A stretch of 37,416 nucleotides of DNA. Source: Catajapyx aquilonaris. Lineage: Eukaryota. Both the position numbers and the translations under genes were made by a program. Below, one piece after another: positions 1-11,258 of this stretch. Where the stretch lies: contig KZ538988.1 of the NCBI GenBank assembly GCA_000934665.2, forward strand, positions 1 to 37,416. The letters are read 5' to 3'. Positions within the stretch are counted from its first letter, which is position 1, and each line of letters begins with the position of its first letter. The notes beneath the pieces are model-generated. The model saw only the letters and a list, made by a program, of their open reading frames with translations. It had not been told where the DNA came from and searched no databases.

Positions 1-14
1 TCTTGCATAGGGTC

Positions 15-659
15 TGGGGACCAAGGTTTGTGTTTTGACTGTAGCTCTGGGGACATGCTCCAAATTGTGGGGACATTTCGCGTCCCCACAGCAAAAGCGC
101 ATGGTGGGATACTGCTTCAGTGGGGACATGTCCCCACAATAATTCCGTTATGTAGGGTTTTACAAAAGTCCATTTTTCTCAGCCTCGATCGGTAGGGTAG
201 GGTAGGTTAGGTTACGGTAGGTTAGGTTAGGTTAGGGTAGGTTAGGTTAGGGTAGGTTAGGTTAGGGTAGGTTAGGTTAGGGTAGGTTAGGTATGGTTAG
301 GTTAGGTTAGATCAGTTTACACTCGCTTCGAAAATCTGTGTTTTTCTTGCCCCCACAGTCTATGGGGCGCAGGAATGTGTGTGTGGGTGTTCGTGCGCTC
401 AATTTGCTGTGGGGACGGAAATGGGAGTTTTTCCTGTGACTGTGGGGACGTCCTCCATTTGTGGGGACATTTTGCGTCCCCACAACCCAACTCACGAGAG
501 CATTACCGTTATTCAGGGGACATGTCCCCGCAGGTTTGTTGTGCAGGGTTTTACAAAAGTCCATATCTCTCAGCCTAGGTTCATTAGGGTAGGGTAGGTT
601 AGGTAGAATTGGTTAGGTTAGGTTAGGTTATGTTAGGTTATGTTAGATCAGTTTACACT
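15..659. repeat. Two tandem diverged repeat units with TGGGGAC motifs and (GGTTA/GGGTA)n tracts
   Basis: Both units (about 15-323 and 400-659) share GGGGACATGTCCCC, AGGGTTTTACAAAAGTCCAT and a GGTTA array, and end in GTTAGATCAGTTTACACT. Confidence 0.8.
191..310 (+). repeat. Interstitial (TTAGG)n/(TAGGG)n telomere-like array
   Basis: Pentamer tandem repeat read directly; second degenerate array at about 585-646. Confidence 0.9.
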
Positions 660-719
660 GGCAGTGAAAAGTGATCAATGTCCGTCCCGAGAGCTTATTG
701 AACGCAAACATGTGTGGGT

Positions 720-1749
720 GTGTTGGTGTGTGTGTGTGTGTGTGAAGGGTTGCTTCAAGACCACGATAAAGTTACCAAAAGCATTTGAAACCGATAGTAC
801 TGTAATACATGTGAAGATGTGATGCTTTACCATTACGTCCTGAGTAAAAGTCAGTGCTCAAGTCTCAAGAAATGGGAGTACTTACATGAACTTGGTGAGC
901 AAAATCCACTTACATCGGGGTCTTTCACAGCACATGAAATTAAGCCTTACTGCTTAGACGACATCCAAACATAATAATGCCGAAACTGGGCAAAGTCACA
1001 CTTTCGATAATAATTAAACGCATATTTCAATATAAACAAGTGACATTTGATGAAGGTCACCTCGGTAATAATAAGATGATGGTAAAAAAAAATCCAATCC
1101 ACAAAATAATGACTCAGTGGTGTATAATAGATATATAGGCCTACTGAAACGGAATTAACATCACTCCGAATTTGAATTGCCTGGCCACACTTGGCCGAAT
1201 TTCCGCGACGGAAATTCCGTCGCCGAATGATTTTGCAATTTTTTCCCGCGGAATTTCCGTCGACCGTGCTACCGCCTTGCGGCCCTTTCAGCTACCAATC
1301 CCCTGGTTTCCATGCCAGCGAACCCGCTTTTTCCGTCGTAGTGTGTCATTCCCCCGGCGGAATCATTGTATTGGCAGTATTGCAATGGGATTATTGTCCC
1401 CGACGGAATCGGTGGTCGATTTTTTCCGCTGTGTCTTCGGCTGGTGCTCGACGGAAGGACGGAAAATCCGTCGTGTGTATCTCATGACTCTCATCCCGAC
1501 GGAATCCCGTTTATTTCCATGTGTTTGACATTTTTGAGCGGACCAGGACGGAATTTCCGTCGCGGAAATTCCGTCTAGTGTGGCAGGGGCCTTAATCTGT
1601 TCTGCAGTGTGCATCAGCAAAGAGTAGTTTATTGCTCGAATTTGAGAGCATTGTCGCTTACTTATTTTAATTTGGCAATGGGTAGACTATCTTGGATGCT
1701 AGCACCCGATATGAATTTTTTTTTTCGAAGCATTCATAACACATATATC
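720..1749 (+). repeat. Local repeat family A, copy 1 (interrupted by a MITE)
   Basis: Colinear with about 9805-10431 and 7815-8149 (GAAGGGTTGCTTCAAGACC...CATTACGTCCTGAGTAAAAG...ACACATATATC). Confidence 0.85.
1179..1591. mobile_element. PIF/Harbinger-like (Tourist-type) MITE
   Basis: About 45-bp TIRs (GCCTGGCCACACTTGGCCGAATTTCCGCGACGGAAATTCCGTC / GACGGAATTTCCGTCGCGGAAATTCCGTCTAGTGTGGCAGGGGCC) followed by TTAA; the paralogous empty site is at 10271-10280. Confidence 0.8.
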
Positions 1750-1932
1750 CGAGGGGGTACTCACTCGACTGTGAAGTGTATACACCGGAGTACCAAATTC
1801 AAGGAGTACCTGGGAGTACCTAAGGAGTACCTGGGAGTACCAAGGAGTAGACCTAACCGGGAGCATCAATGAACTCCTTAGGGCACTTTCAGTTTATATT
1901 CAGCCACGTATACATGATGATGATGATGATGT

Positions 1933-2683
1933 TAGTTGATTCCGGATATAACAGCCTCGGCTGTAACAGACTGGAAAGGCTGGTCCCTCCATACTTCCAT
2001 AAGGCCCTGTGTATTTTACACTCGATATAAGAGACTAATTTCACCTCATCTCAACTATAACAAACCATTTTTTTTGCCCCTTGGTGGAAAAATATGCTGT
2101 TTTTGTTATTTAACTACCTTTCCCAAGCGAGGAAAGCACAGCGTAATGGAGCGGGGATGATTTTCCCACCTGTCACTGATCTGACACTTGCCGAAAAGGT
2201 CAAAATCATACTTTTTCTGGTATATATTTGACAAGGACGAGATAAGATTTTAAAATGACGGATTTTTATTGGTCCAGCCTAAGTTATTGGTGAGTTAATT
2301 TGTGCATTATAAGCATATACAGGGTTCGAAAATATTTAACCTACCGTCTCTTTGAGAAATGATAGAGGGGTTCCAGACGATCACTTTGAGTAATATACAA
2401 CATGGGTCCCCGACGCATAGTTACCAAGATTGCCTTGTGTTTGAAGCACATTATCTGGGTAACTGCTTCGGTGACCCGCCATGTTGCATATACTCAAAGT
2501 GATCGCCTAGAACTCCTCTATCATGTTTCCCAAAGCGACGGTAGTTTAAATTTCCGAACCCTGTGCGAAGCAGAAAACTTGAGTTTTCGTTGCAAAAGTG
2601 GCGATTTGGCTATAACCTTCATCGGTTATATAACAGACTGATTTCCTCTGTCCCTTAAAGTATGTTATATCCAGAGTCAACTG
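1933..2683. mobile_element. pogo/Tigger-like MITE, degraded
   Basis: Ends (T)AGTTGATTCCGGATATAAC and GTTATATCCAGAGTCAACTG; an inverted terminal fragment of the same family at about 6150-6261 ends in CAACTG-TA. Confidence 0.65.
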
Positions 2684-3007
2684 TGTTGTTGTTGTTGTTG
2701 TTGTTAGTTGATGTTATTATTGCTATTGCTATTGTTACTGTTATACCTGCACAAGTAATAATTATGCAATTCAGTCGGACCTCTACATGTTCCAAAGTCG
2801 GACCCCCACTTTTCACTTGGTATTATTACATAAGCTAATTATCTTCGTTAATTTTAGGTGATAAATGATGGTATAAGTAGAGCGCGAAGATCTTGACTAT
2901 TTTGCTATTTGAGAGATCATCGGAACATCAAGTGAATGTTTTTATAATTTTTATGCGCTAATAAATGTTTAACCAATAGGGGTGCTACCTGGTTGCGACT
3001 TTCTTGT

Positions 3008-3039
3008 AACAACAACAACAACAACAACAACAGCAACAA

Positions 3040-3111
<72 letters not shown>
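3008..3111 (+). repeat. (AAC)n-(AAT)n compound microsatellite
   Basis: Read directly. Confidence 0.95.
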
Positions 3112-3112
<1 letters not shown>

Positions 3113-3427
3113 GGGAAGGCGTGGTGGCCGAGATGGTAACGTCTCGGCTTGCTGAGCGGAAGGTCCCGGGTTCGATCCCCGCCCGGGATTTCCCTTCCGC
3201 CTGCGTCAGAGGGTCTAGACCCGCGCCTAAGAAGGCGTCTTGGCAACCTAGCCTTCTGGGGGACTGCACACGACCCATTTTCCCACATTGCACTTGCACC
3301 TGTGTCCCCTCCCCAAAAATCCCTATTCTTACCCCATTTCCTTGCTTCCCTGCACGGAGTACGAAGAAAAAAAATATGAAATACTAGAAAACCGATGGTT
3401 GTATCACGGGGTTAAATAAATAAATAA
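3112..3427 (+). mobile_element. tRNA-derived SINE
   Basis: Pol III A box TGGCCGAGATGG and B box GGTTCGATCCC at tRNA-like spacing; no matching acceptor stem; unrelated body and (TAAA)n tail running into (AAT)n. Confidence 0.7.
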
Positions 3428-3428
3428 A

Positions 3429-3506
<78 letters not shown>
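3428..3506 (+). repeat. (AAT)n microsatellite
   Basis: Read directly. Confidence 0.95.
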
Positions 3507-3507
<1 letters not shown>

Positions 3508-3679
3508 TTAATGATAGCATCACGGTCAATGGTCCGGATGAACTTGGGAATGATGATTGTTGACGATTGGGAAGGACAGCGTGTAGCATACGAGTGTAAA
3601 TGCAGTGACAATGTGCGACATTCGGGGGCAACTACCTCTGGTAACTACAAATAAGCTGGAGATACAACTTCCGACGAAA

Positions 3680-3768
3680 TCGAAAGGGAGACCGGGGTTG
3701 GGATCGAACCAGGGACCATTATTTTCGTGGATGAACATATTGCCGACTGCGACACTCCGCCTTCCCGG
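3680..3768 (-). mobile_element. Degenerate tRNA-derived SINE head
   Basis: Minus strand GGGAAGGCG...TGTCGCAGTCGG...GGTTCGATCCC; same 5' start as the SINE at 3112. Confidence 0.4.
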
Positions 3769-4288
3769 AATATGAAAACAATATATTATTGTCATTCGCG
3801 ATATTGTATAAAAATAGCAAGATATTTTCATATCAGTTGAAAGCTGCTATTTTGCTTCAGAAAGCCATTTAACTTACACTAATTCGTGAGATATTAGTCT
3901 AAGTGGAATTTAAAATTTAAAAATATATATTCAGTCGTTTCGATTCATCCCGCCACCCCCAGCCCTCTCCCTTCTCTGTATGCAAAAAAACTGGTTAATT
4001 AAACATGTGATCATAGATTAATGCTCGTTAAAATAGAGCTTATAGCTTTTTGTAACTGAATGACAAAAAAAACCATTTAAAAGTATAATATGAATATAAA
4101 CGTGGAAGATGTACAGGGCATTCATGAGAAACTCTCTCCCGATCACTTGTTCGCAACTACTGGTGTAAAGCAGAGTGGCCTTGTAGACAGGGTGTTCGTG
4201 AACCGACCAGTCAGACTTGTACCCGTGGCTCCACTGACACCAGAGGATCATGTTATGTAGAGGAGTCATTATGTCTGGGCAGCCTCAT

Positions 4289-5095
4289 AACTGAGATTAG
4301 ATCAAAAACTTTCCCTTCCGTAAAAAAAAAGAGAAGTAAGACCTCCGCGGCGGAATAAAAGTACTGAAACAAAACAAGGCAGGCGCACGTAAGACCTTCA
4401 CCAATTGATTTAAGCTGTACCATAGGTCTTACTCAAGCAATTACCAATTCACCGCTCATGAAATCTTCTTTCTGAAAACAAATTTGTGGAATTTCTGTCG
4501 TACTACTAGTTACTTCTAACTTAGCAGTACCAGTGTAGTGCAATGGTACTGCTATAAGTTAGCAGTAACTACAGACCTATAGTTCATAGTAATAATAGTA
4601 GTACGACGAAAATTCCACCCATTAATTTTCCATGAGCCACTCCATATTAGTGTTTTATGAAATTAGGAACTTCAAAAGCACATTGAATTTATATGCGATT
4701 AGTGTGAATTATTGCCATGAAACATTCATGCAGAATCGTCACCTCTTTTAGATGCTGATTTTAACTCTAACGTTTAATTTTTCACATATAAACGTTAATT
4801 GGTGAATTTTAGAGGGTATTTTTCGATTGGACCAAGTCTGTTAGAATGGGTTTAGTTTTTCCCCAATTTGTTATTTTCATAATAAACCTACTGCTCTGAG
4901 TAGTTTGTAGCAGTAATTTTTACGAGCCGTTCCATACAGTACTTGAGAATTGCTTGAGTAAGACCTATGGTACAGCTTAAATCAATTGGTGAAGGTCTTA
5001 CGTGCGCCTGCCTTGTTTCAGTACTTTTATTCCGCCGCGGAGGTCTTACTTCTCTTTTTTTTACCGAAGGGAAAGTTTTTGATCTAATTTCAGTT
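4289..5095. mobile_element. Nested foldback/MITE with about 150-bp near-identical inverted arms
   Basis: 4289-4442 is the reverse complement of 4948-5095. Confidence 0.8.
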
Positions 5096-5155
5096 CTTTT
5101 TTGACAGTACACGTAACTTATGTTCTACAGTATCTACACTATACAGTCTGCACTA

Positions 5156-5890
5156 TGAATGCATTGGAGACAATTTTCGTCGCTTAGAAGTCCCTAAAAT
5201 TATTTTCACAGAGATAGTCGTAAAAAAACGAAAGTCGAGTGCTACCAGCCAACGGTTAGTCTGATTTAATTATTATGAAATAGCCTATACGCTAAAATAT
5301 ACGTAATATATACATTGAGAACTGTACCAGACGAATTTGCTGAAATCGTGGTACTTTGCAAGAATTCATTCAATACTTATCTGCGGCTTGCCTCCGTCAC
5401 ATCTGAAAACTCCCAACCGTACTTAATTTTCGCGAAATGCGACGATTTCAGCAAATCAGTTCGTCTGGCACGCTACAATAAAATACGCAAGTAAATGTCT
5501 GCAAAACCTGCGTAACGAACGGACAGTATGTCTGTGTTTGCATGGAAATCCCCAGGACATGTATCTTTTCCAATTCCCGGACCCGCGGAAACCAAAACTA
5601 GACAACAGTCACCCATGTCACTTACAACATTATTCGGGGCAACCCTTCAATTATTATCTACATTGAGAACCGTACCAGCCGAATTTACTGAAATCGTGGA
5701 ACTTTCCAAGAATTAAATCAATACTATGTGTGGCTTGCCTCTGTCACATCTGAAAACTCCCAAACTTATTTCATTTTCGCGAAATGTAACGATTGCAGCA
5801 AATATTAGTCTGGCACATTTCTCAAGGTAGATATTCCGCATACTGGAACATAATTTCATAATTAAATCAGCTTAAGAGTTGGCCGGTATT
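5156..5890. mobile_element. Degraded relative of the piggyBac-type foldback MITE at 15301, with internal duplication
   Basis: Shares TAGAAGTCCCTAAA and CCAGACGAATTTGCTGAAATCGT with 15301-16093; about 5311-5471 is duplicated at about 5660-5816. Confidence 0.6.
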
Positions 5891-6389
5891 ACCTGGCGAT
5901 GTTATAGCCGAATCGTCATGCAACGAAAACATAAATTTCCGCTTTCAATGTGGCTGTACTATGCACTACTAGACTACATACCGATTAATGAAATCTGTCA
6001 CAAATGCAATATTGGCTCACCCGAAAATTATGCAGGACCAAAATATCCGAAATTTCCTTCTGCCGTCTCCTTTGTGCATACCTGGAAAACAATATTTTCC
6101 CACCGAGGGTCCAAGAAATGGTCAGTTATACCGGAGGTGAGGTGAAAATGAGTCTGTTACATCAGGAGTGTGCAAATACACAGTGCCTAATGGAAGCATG
6201 CCGGGACGGCCTTTATAACCAAGTATGTTATATCCGAGGCTGTTATATCCGGATTCAACTGTAATAAGTACAATCCGTTCACTCCAGAGCAGCAGGGTAA
6301 CATTTCCATCACAATATGGCGAGGTGTAAATAGGAATTGACATTGCTAGGCGATGGAATCACGAACAAATGAAGTATTTGACGTAAAAA

Positions 6390-6770
6390 AATCATAACTT
6401 CAATCCTGCAGCAGGTAGAAGTGCGAGGTTTTGAACATAGATCCGCACCATCCTACTGCGCATTCGGCCCTTTGATGAAGAAACCAAATTCCGAATAGTT
6501 ATTGAGCAAATAAATAGAAACGTCTTTTTCATTTTTTTGCGGCGTTTAGAAGAGGAATTGAGTGTAGCTGTAAATGGTAGGAATGCACTTCACGACGGTG
6601 GGCATCTGTGTTCAAAATTTGGAAGCTGTACCTGCTGCAGAACTTGAGTTAGGGCGAATAAAAAAAGCGTAACAACAACAACAAGAAGAAGATGTTGAAG
6701 AAATTCATTGTTGAAATCTATGCTACGGTCTTACTAAGGGGCTATCGCCCCTTAAATATCGCCCCTTAAA
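6390..6770. repeat. Degenerate inverted repeat followed by a terminal hairpin (possible Helentron-associated element)
   Basis: CTGCAGCAGGTAG...TTTTGAACATAGAT inverted as ATCTGTGTTCAAAA...TACCTGCTGCAG; hairpin TAAGGGGC-TATC-GCCCCTTA at 6735-6754. Confidence 0.4.
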
Positions 6771-7523
6771 TAATTGCCTTCAAAGTACAAGTACAAATTG
6801 GTACAAAGTATCCTGGGAGGTATGGAAACCTTCAGCTCTGAAATCGTATCACGGGTGAAAATAGCAGCTTTTCCATTTGGCTACTAGCATGTCGCATGTG
6901 TACTGCATGTCGCATGTGATCTGTGACAATCTGTGACAATCACTCTTAGGCCCAATCACTAAATCGCAAATGATCATTTATCTCAGTAATAAGGCCGCCC
7001 AGACATAATGACTCCTCTGACATAACATGATCCTCTGGTGTCAATGGAGCCACGGGTACAGGTCTGACAGGTCGGTTCACGAACACCCTGTATACTGCCC
7101 CAGCAGCTCATACTCGAATCTCAAGCTTGGTATTGGAAGCCCGACACGAGAGGGAAAGCTCCTGAATTTCCGAGCATATCTGTTTATTGTCTGGGAGCGC
7201 CAAGGAGTACCTGGGAGTAGGCCTACCAAGCAGTACGAAAGAGTACCAATGCAGGTGTACACCGGAGTACCGAAGAGACTGGACTGGACGATCAACTCCA
7301 AAACATACTCTCCACATGAACATGTCGGGGGGGGGGGNGGAGGAGGAGGAGGAGGAGGAGGAAATCATGATATTGGCATTACACATTTATATGAAGATTT
7401 CCTCGTTCATGATCAGAAAGGTGGTACTTTTCTGTTAACCGCAAGCCAGTAAAAATCTATAGCTCACTACTTAATGACGCATTGGTACTGACACAATAAC
7501 TTGGATTTTGATACAATGTTCTG

Positions 7524-8149
7524 TAATGTACGGCAGGCACCCGCCCCGGGTCAATCTCGTTATAATTTATGCTGGCATACCGAAATACGTGTGGAGTAGG
7601 ACGGTGTTTAATAACAATATTTATTAAAAGATAATTTAGTTATGTTGTATGTCAACAAACTCAAATGACAACAATATTATTGCTGTAATTATTACATTTG
7701 TGAATAGTGTGATGCAATGCAGTATTGTACTGTACGTACTATCGGGTTCAAATACTTTTGGCCCCTCTATCCTGGTCTTGAAGCAACCCTTCGCACAGAC
7801 CCCACGTTAAGGAGGTGTTTGTGTGTGTGTGTGAAGGGTTGCTTCAAGACCAGGATAGAGTGGCCAAAAGTATTTGAACCCGATAGTAGCCTATACATGT
7901 ACTGTATGATACATGTGAAGCTGTAATGCGTTACCATTACGTCCTGAGTAAAAGTCATTGCTCAAGTCTCAAGAAATGGGAGTACTTACATGAACTTGGT
8001 GAGCAAAATCCAATATTACCGGGGTCTTTCACAGCATATGAAATTAAGCCTTACTGCTTAGACGACATCCAAACATAATAATGCCGAAACTGAGCAACGT
8101 CACACTTTCGATAATAATTAATCGTATATTTCAATATAAACTAATGACA
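7524..8149 (+). repeat. Local repeat family A, copy 2
   Basis: Nearly identical to 9548-10141 apart from an AT-rich indel of about 40 bp; truncated at CTAATGACA. Confidence 0.9.
7739..7886. mobile_element. Hairpin MITE with TA target duplication inside repeat A (second copy 9729-9874)
   Basis: TA-CTATCGGGTTCAAATACTTTTGGCC...GGCCAAAAGTATTTGAACCCGATAG-TA. Confidence 0.7.
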
Positions 8150-8620
8150 ATGGCAGTGCCCCCGCCAAGTTCTCGCCGCACTGCCGGACCACCTTTATAC
8201 CCGACACAACTCACGTCATTTTGACCCCCTCGAATCTTCGCACTGGTGAACATAGGTGGCTTCAAAATTTTTATTTGGGTAGATAAAAATCGATTAAAAA
8301 TAATACCCCCTTACTTCCATGTTCATATCTCTTTTCATTTCCGACATTAAAAATCCTAAAAACTCCCGAAACGGCCAAAATATGACACTGACTGACTCAC
8401 TCACTGACTGACTCACTGATCATCAAAATTATACGGTACTTCCCGTGGTCCTAGGATGCTAAAATTTGGTATGCTGGTAGAGCTTGTCAAACAAACACCA
8501 GAATAAATCTGAAAACGGCACTTTTTTGAGTCTAAATGCTCAAAAAAAAAATCACAAAGTCTGCTGCTGCTGACCAGATGCGGCATTTTTACCACGGATT
8601 ACTTTTTACTTTGAAATAAT
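8150..8620 (+). mobile_element. Helitron/Helentron-type non-autonomous segment
   Basis: (ACTG/ACTC)n tetramer tract followed by CTAGGATGCTAAAATTTGGTATG, an arrangement recalled from DINE-1/HINE-like elements; interrupts repeat A. Confidence 0.5.
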
Positions 8621-8730
8621 TCCAGTTATGCTGGTGCTCCTCCTGCCTTCCCCACGTTCTCATCTCCTCACCCCCCTCCCTCCCCCCCCCTCCTCCTGCA
8701 TACTGCTAGCCAACGACGTAGCCCCCCCCC

Positions 8731-8886
8731 NNNNNNNNNNNNNNNNNNNNNNNNNNNNNNNNNNNNNNNNNNNNNNNNNNNNNNNNNNNNNNNNNNNNNN
8801 NNNNNNNNNNNNNNNNNNNNNNNNNNNNNNNNNNNNNNNNNNNNNNNNNNNNNNNNNNNNNNNNNNNNNNNNNNNNNNNNNNNNNN
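8731..8886. other. Assembly gap (N run) flanked by poly-C
   Basis: Read directly; the right flank ends CCTGGCTACGTCACTG (8922), a hAT-like terminus. Confidence 0.95.
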
Positions 8887-9029
8887 CCCCCCCCCCGAAC
8901 TGAATTCCTGGCTACGTCACTGCCGCCAGCTATCTGAAGCTGCGATTGCATTTCATACAAATACAACTACAAATTCCTAAATACCTAAAATACAAAATAA
9001 TACAAAATAATACAAAATTCGAGGTCATC

Positions 9030-9310
9030 AACAGCCTATGTGTACAGGGAACAATTCCCAATTTGTGTGGCGTATGCCATTACCATACAGAGGACAGAGC
9101 CAAGGCCTGAGTCTCACTCATGCACTCATCGATATTGGTTCCTCTGTCTTCTCGTGCGGTCAAGCCTACGTGGCTCTTTCCAGAGTTAAAAGTATCAATG
9201 GAGTGCATCTCATCAATGCCTCCTTTACTAACATCAAGGCTCAAGAGTCAGCTATTCTGGAGTACGATAGATTGAGATCTGTTTACCGACCAGACTTATC
9301 CATACTCAAA
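9030..9310 (+). pseudogene. PIF1-family helicase C-terminal fragment of a Helitron/Helentron RepHel, frameshifted
   Basis: YVYREQFPICVAYAITI in one frame, then SQGLSLTHALIDIGSSVFSCGQAYVALSRV...EYDRLR in another; these are SF1B/PIF1 C-terminal motifs; no introns. Confidence 0.85.
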
Positions 9311-9547
9311 AGAATGGGCTATTCGATCAGGTGTAGGAGATGTCCAATTCGCACAACCAGAACAGAAAAAAGGAAGCGTAATATGAGAAAGCAGAAGAAA
9401 ATCATACTTATTCAGAGGAAAAGATAGAGTTTTATACACTTTCGTATATCACCTACACATATTGCTCTAAGTTATTAATTACCTTATTTGCAATATTTAA
9501 CGGGCCATTGCTTCCACGCCCAACCGTAGCCCCCCCCCCCCGAGCTC

Positions 9548-10431
9548 TAATGTACGGCAGGCACCCGCCCCGGGTCAATCTCGTTATAATTTATGCTGGC
9601 ACACCGAAATACGTGTGGAGTAGGACGGTGTATATGTCAACAAACTCAAATGACAACAATATTATTGCTGTAATTATTACATTTGTGAATAGTGTGATGC
9701 AATGCAGTATTGTACTGTACGTACAGTACTATCGGGTTCAAATACTTTTGGCCCCTCTGTCCTGGTCTTGAAGCAACCCTTCGCACAGACCCCACGTTAA
9801 GGAGGTGTTTGTGTGTGTGTGAAGGGTTGCTTCAAGACCAGGATAGAGTGGCCAAAAGTATTTGAACCCGATAGTAGCCTCTACATGTACTGTATGATAC
9901 ATGTGAAGATGTAATGCGTTACCATTACGTCCTGAGTAAAAGTCATTGCTCAAGTCTCAAGAAATGGGAGTACTTACATGAACTAGCTAGGTGAGCAAAA
10001 TCCAATATTACCGGGGTCTTTCACAGCATATGAAATTAAGCCTTACTGCTTAGACGACATCCAAACATAATAATGCCGAAACTGGGCAACGTCACATTTT
10101 CGATAATAATTAATCGTATATTTCAATATAAGCTAATGACATTTGATGAAGGTCACCTCGGTAATGATCAGATGAGGGTCCAAAAAAATCCAATTCACAA
10201 AATAATGACTCAGTGGTGTAATAGATATACAGTAGGCATACAGAAACGGAATGAACATCACTCCGAATTTGAATTCTTAATTTTGTTCTGCAGTGTGCAT
10301 CAGCAAAGAGTAGTTTATTGCTCTTTGAGAGCATTGTCGCTTACTTATTTTAATTTGGCAATTTGTAGACTATCTTGGATTCTAGCACTTGATATGCATT
10401 TTTTTTTCGAAGCATTCATAACACATATATC
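9548..10431 (+). repeat. Local repeat family A, copy 3 (longest, lacks the Harbinger MITE)
   Basis: Colinear with copies 1 and 2. Confidence 0.9.
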
Positions 10432-11026
10432 AGTGTGCCTAGGTGTGACTCAGACCAAGAAGAAAGGAAGCTTTAGGGTGAGCTGCAGGTCGGCAGCCCA
10501 ACAAGAGGCGGTGGTCCGGGCCCTGGGGACAAAGCATAGGGGGTCATACTGCAAGGGCGCTGGGGCAAAGGCGTCTTATTGGCGTGGACGCGGGGCTTAC
10601 AGATGAGTTGTTGAATGAGATAGTGGCCCGAAACAAGAAGATACTGGAGGATCACCAACCGATCGAGGAATACGTCAGAGTGGTGTCCTATACAGGAAAT
10701 GTAAGTTCATCCCTGTCCGCGAGAACTGGATCCTGGAAGTGGCACCGGATCTGCACGCAAGGATGATAGAGGTTGGCCGCATTCGGATATCGGATTGACC
10801 TGTCATGTGCAAAGTTGAGGATTTGGTGAGACATGATCGGTGATTTAAGTGTTCAGAATATGGACACGGATATAATGGGTGCCAGGCCGATCCGAGATGC
10901 CCCTTTTGTGCGGGACAGCACGAGCTTCGTGATTGCAAGGAGAACATCCCAGTGTGCCATAATTGCAGGATGGCGGGGCACCTGCATACGGACCATCCCA
11001 TGTGGGCTCAGTATTGTCCGATTTGA
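10432..11026 (+). pseudogene. ORF1/gag-like remnant
   Basis: NWILEVAP...GRIRI, frameshift, then CKVED..R*FKCSEYGHGYNGC, CPFCAGQHELRDC and CHNCRMAGHLHTDHPMWAQYCP. Confidence 0.8.
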
Positions 11027-11258
11027 GCCAAACGGAGGGAACAGCTGAGATTACGTACCCCCGCGAGCATAGAGACGGCAGGCCCTTTTTTGACCTTTCT
11101 TTATCCGACTCAAATTATTAATGAACTATTTTTGGACCGAGTTAGCTGCTTCAGGCGTGTGTTCATGTATTTATGACAGTATATTTGATACTGTAATTGC
11201 TGAGATTGGCAGAGCAGCCTGCCGTCTCCATCTTTATGCTCGCGAGTGTACGTCCGAA

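Larger units (their letters stand above)
4188..7090. mobile_element. Tc1/mariner-type non-autonomous element with about 110-bp TIRs enclosing nested insertions
   Basis: 4188-4297 (CAGGGTGTTCGTGAACCGACC...) is the reverse complement of about 6980-7090 (...GTTCACGAACACCCTG followed by TA). Confidence 0.75.

Noticed and set aside
191..646. True telomere or CRISPR-like array
   Set aside because: Arrays are short, degenerate and internal; there is no constant repeat with unique spacers, and the context is eukaryotic.
3112..3190. Functional tRNA gene
   Set aside because: A and B boxes are present, but no convincing acceptor stem and no oligo-T terminator; continues into a SINE-like body and tail.
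2917..3631. ORFs with poly-Ile/Leu/Tyr/Cys runs
   Set aside because: Translations of (AAT)n and (AAC)n microsatellites.
9038..9427. Host PIF1 helicase gene
   Set aside because: Intronless, frameshifted C-terminal fragment embedded among repeats; better explained as transposon-derived.
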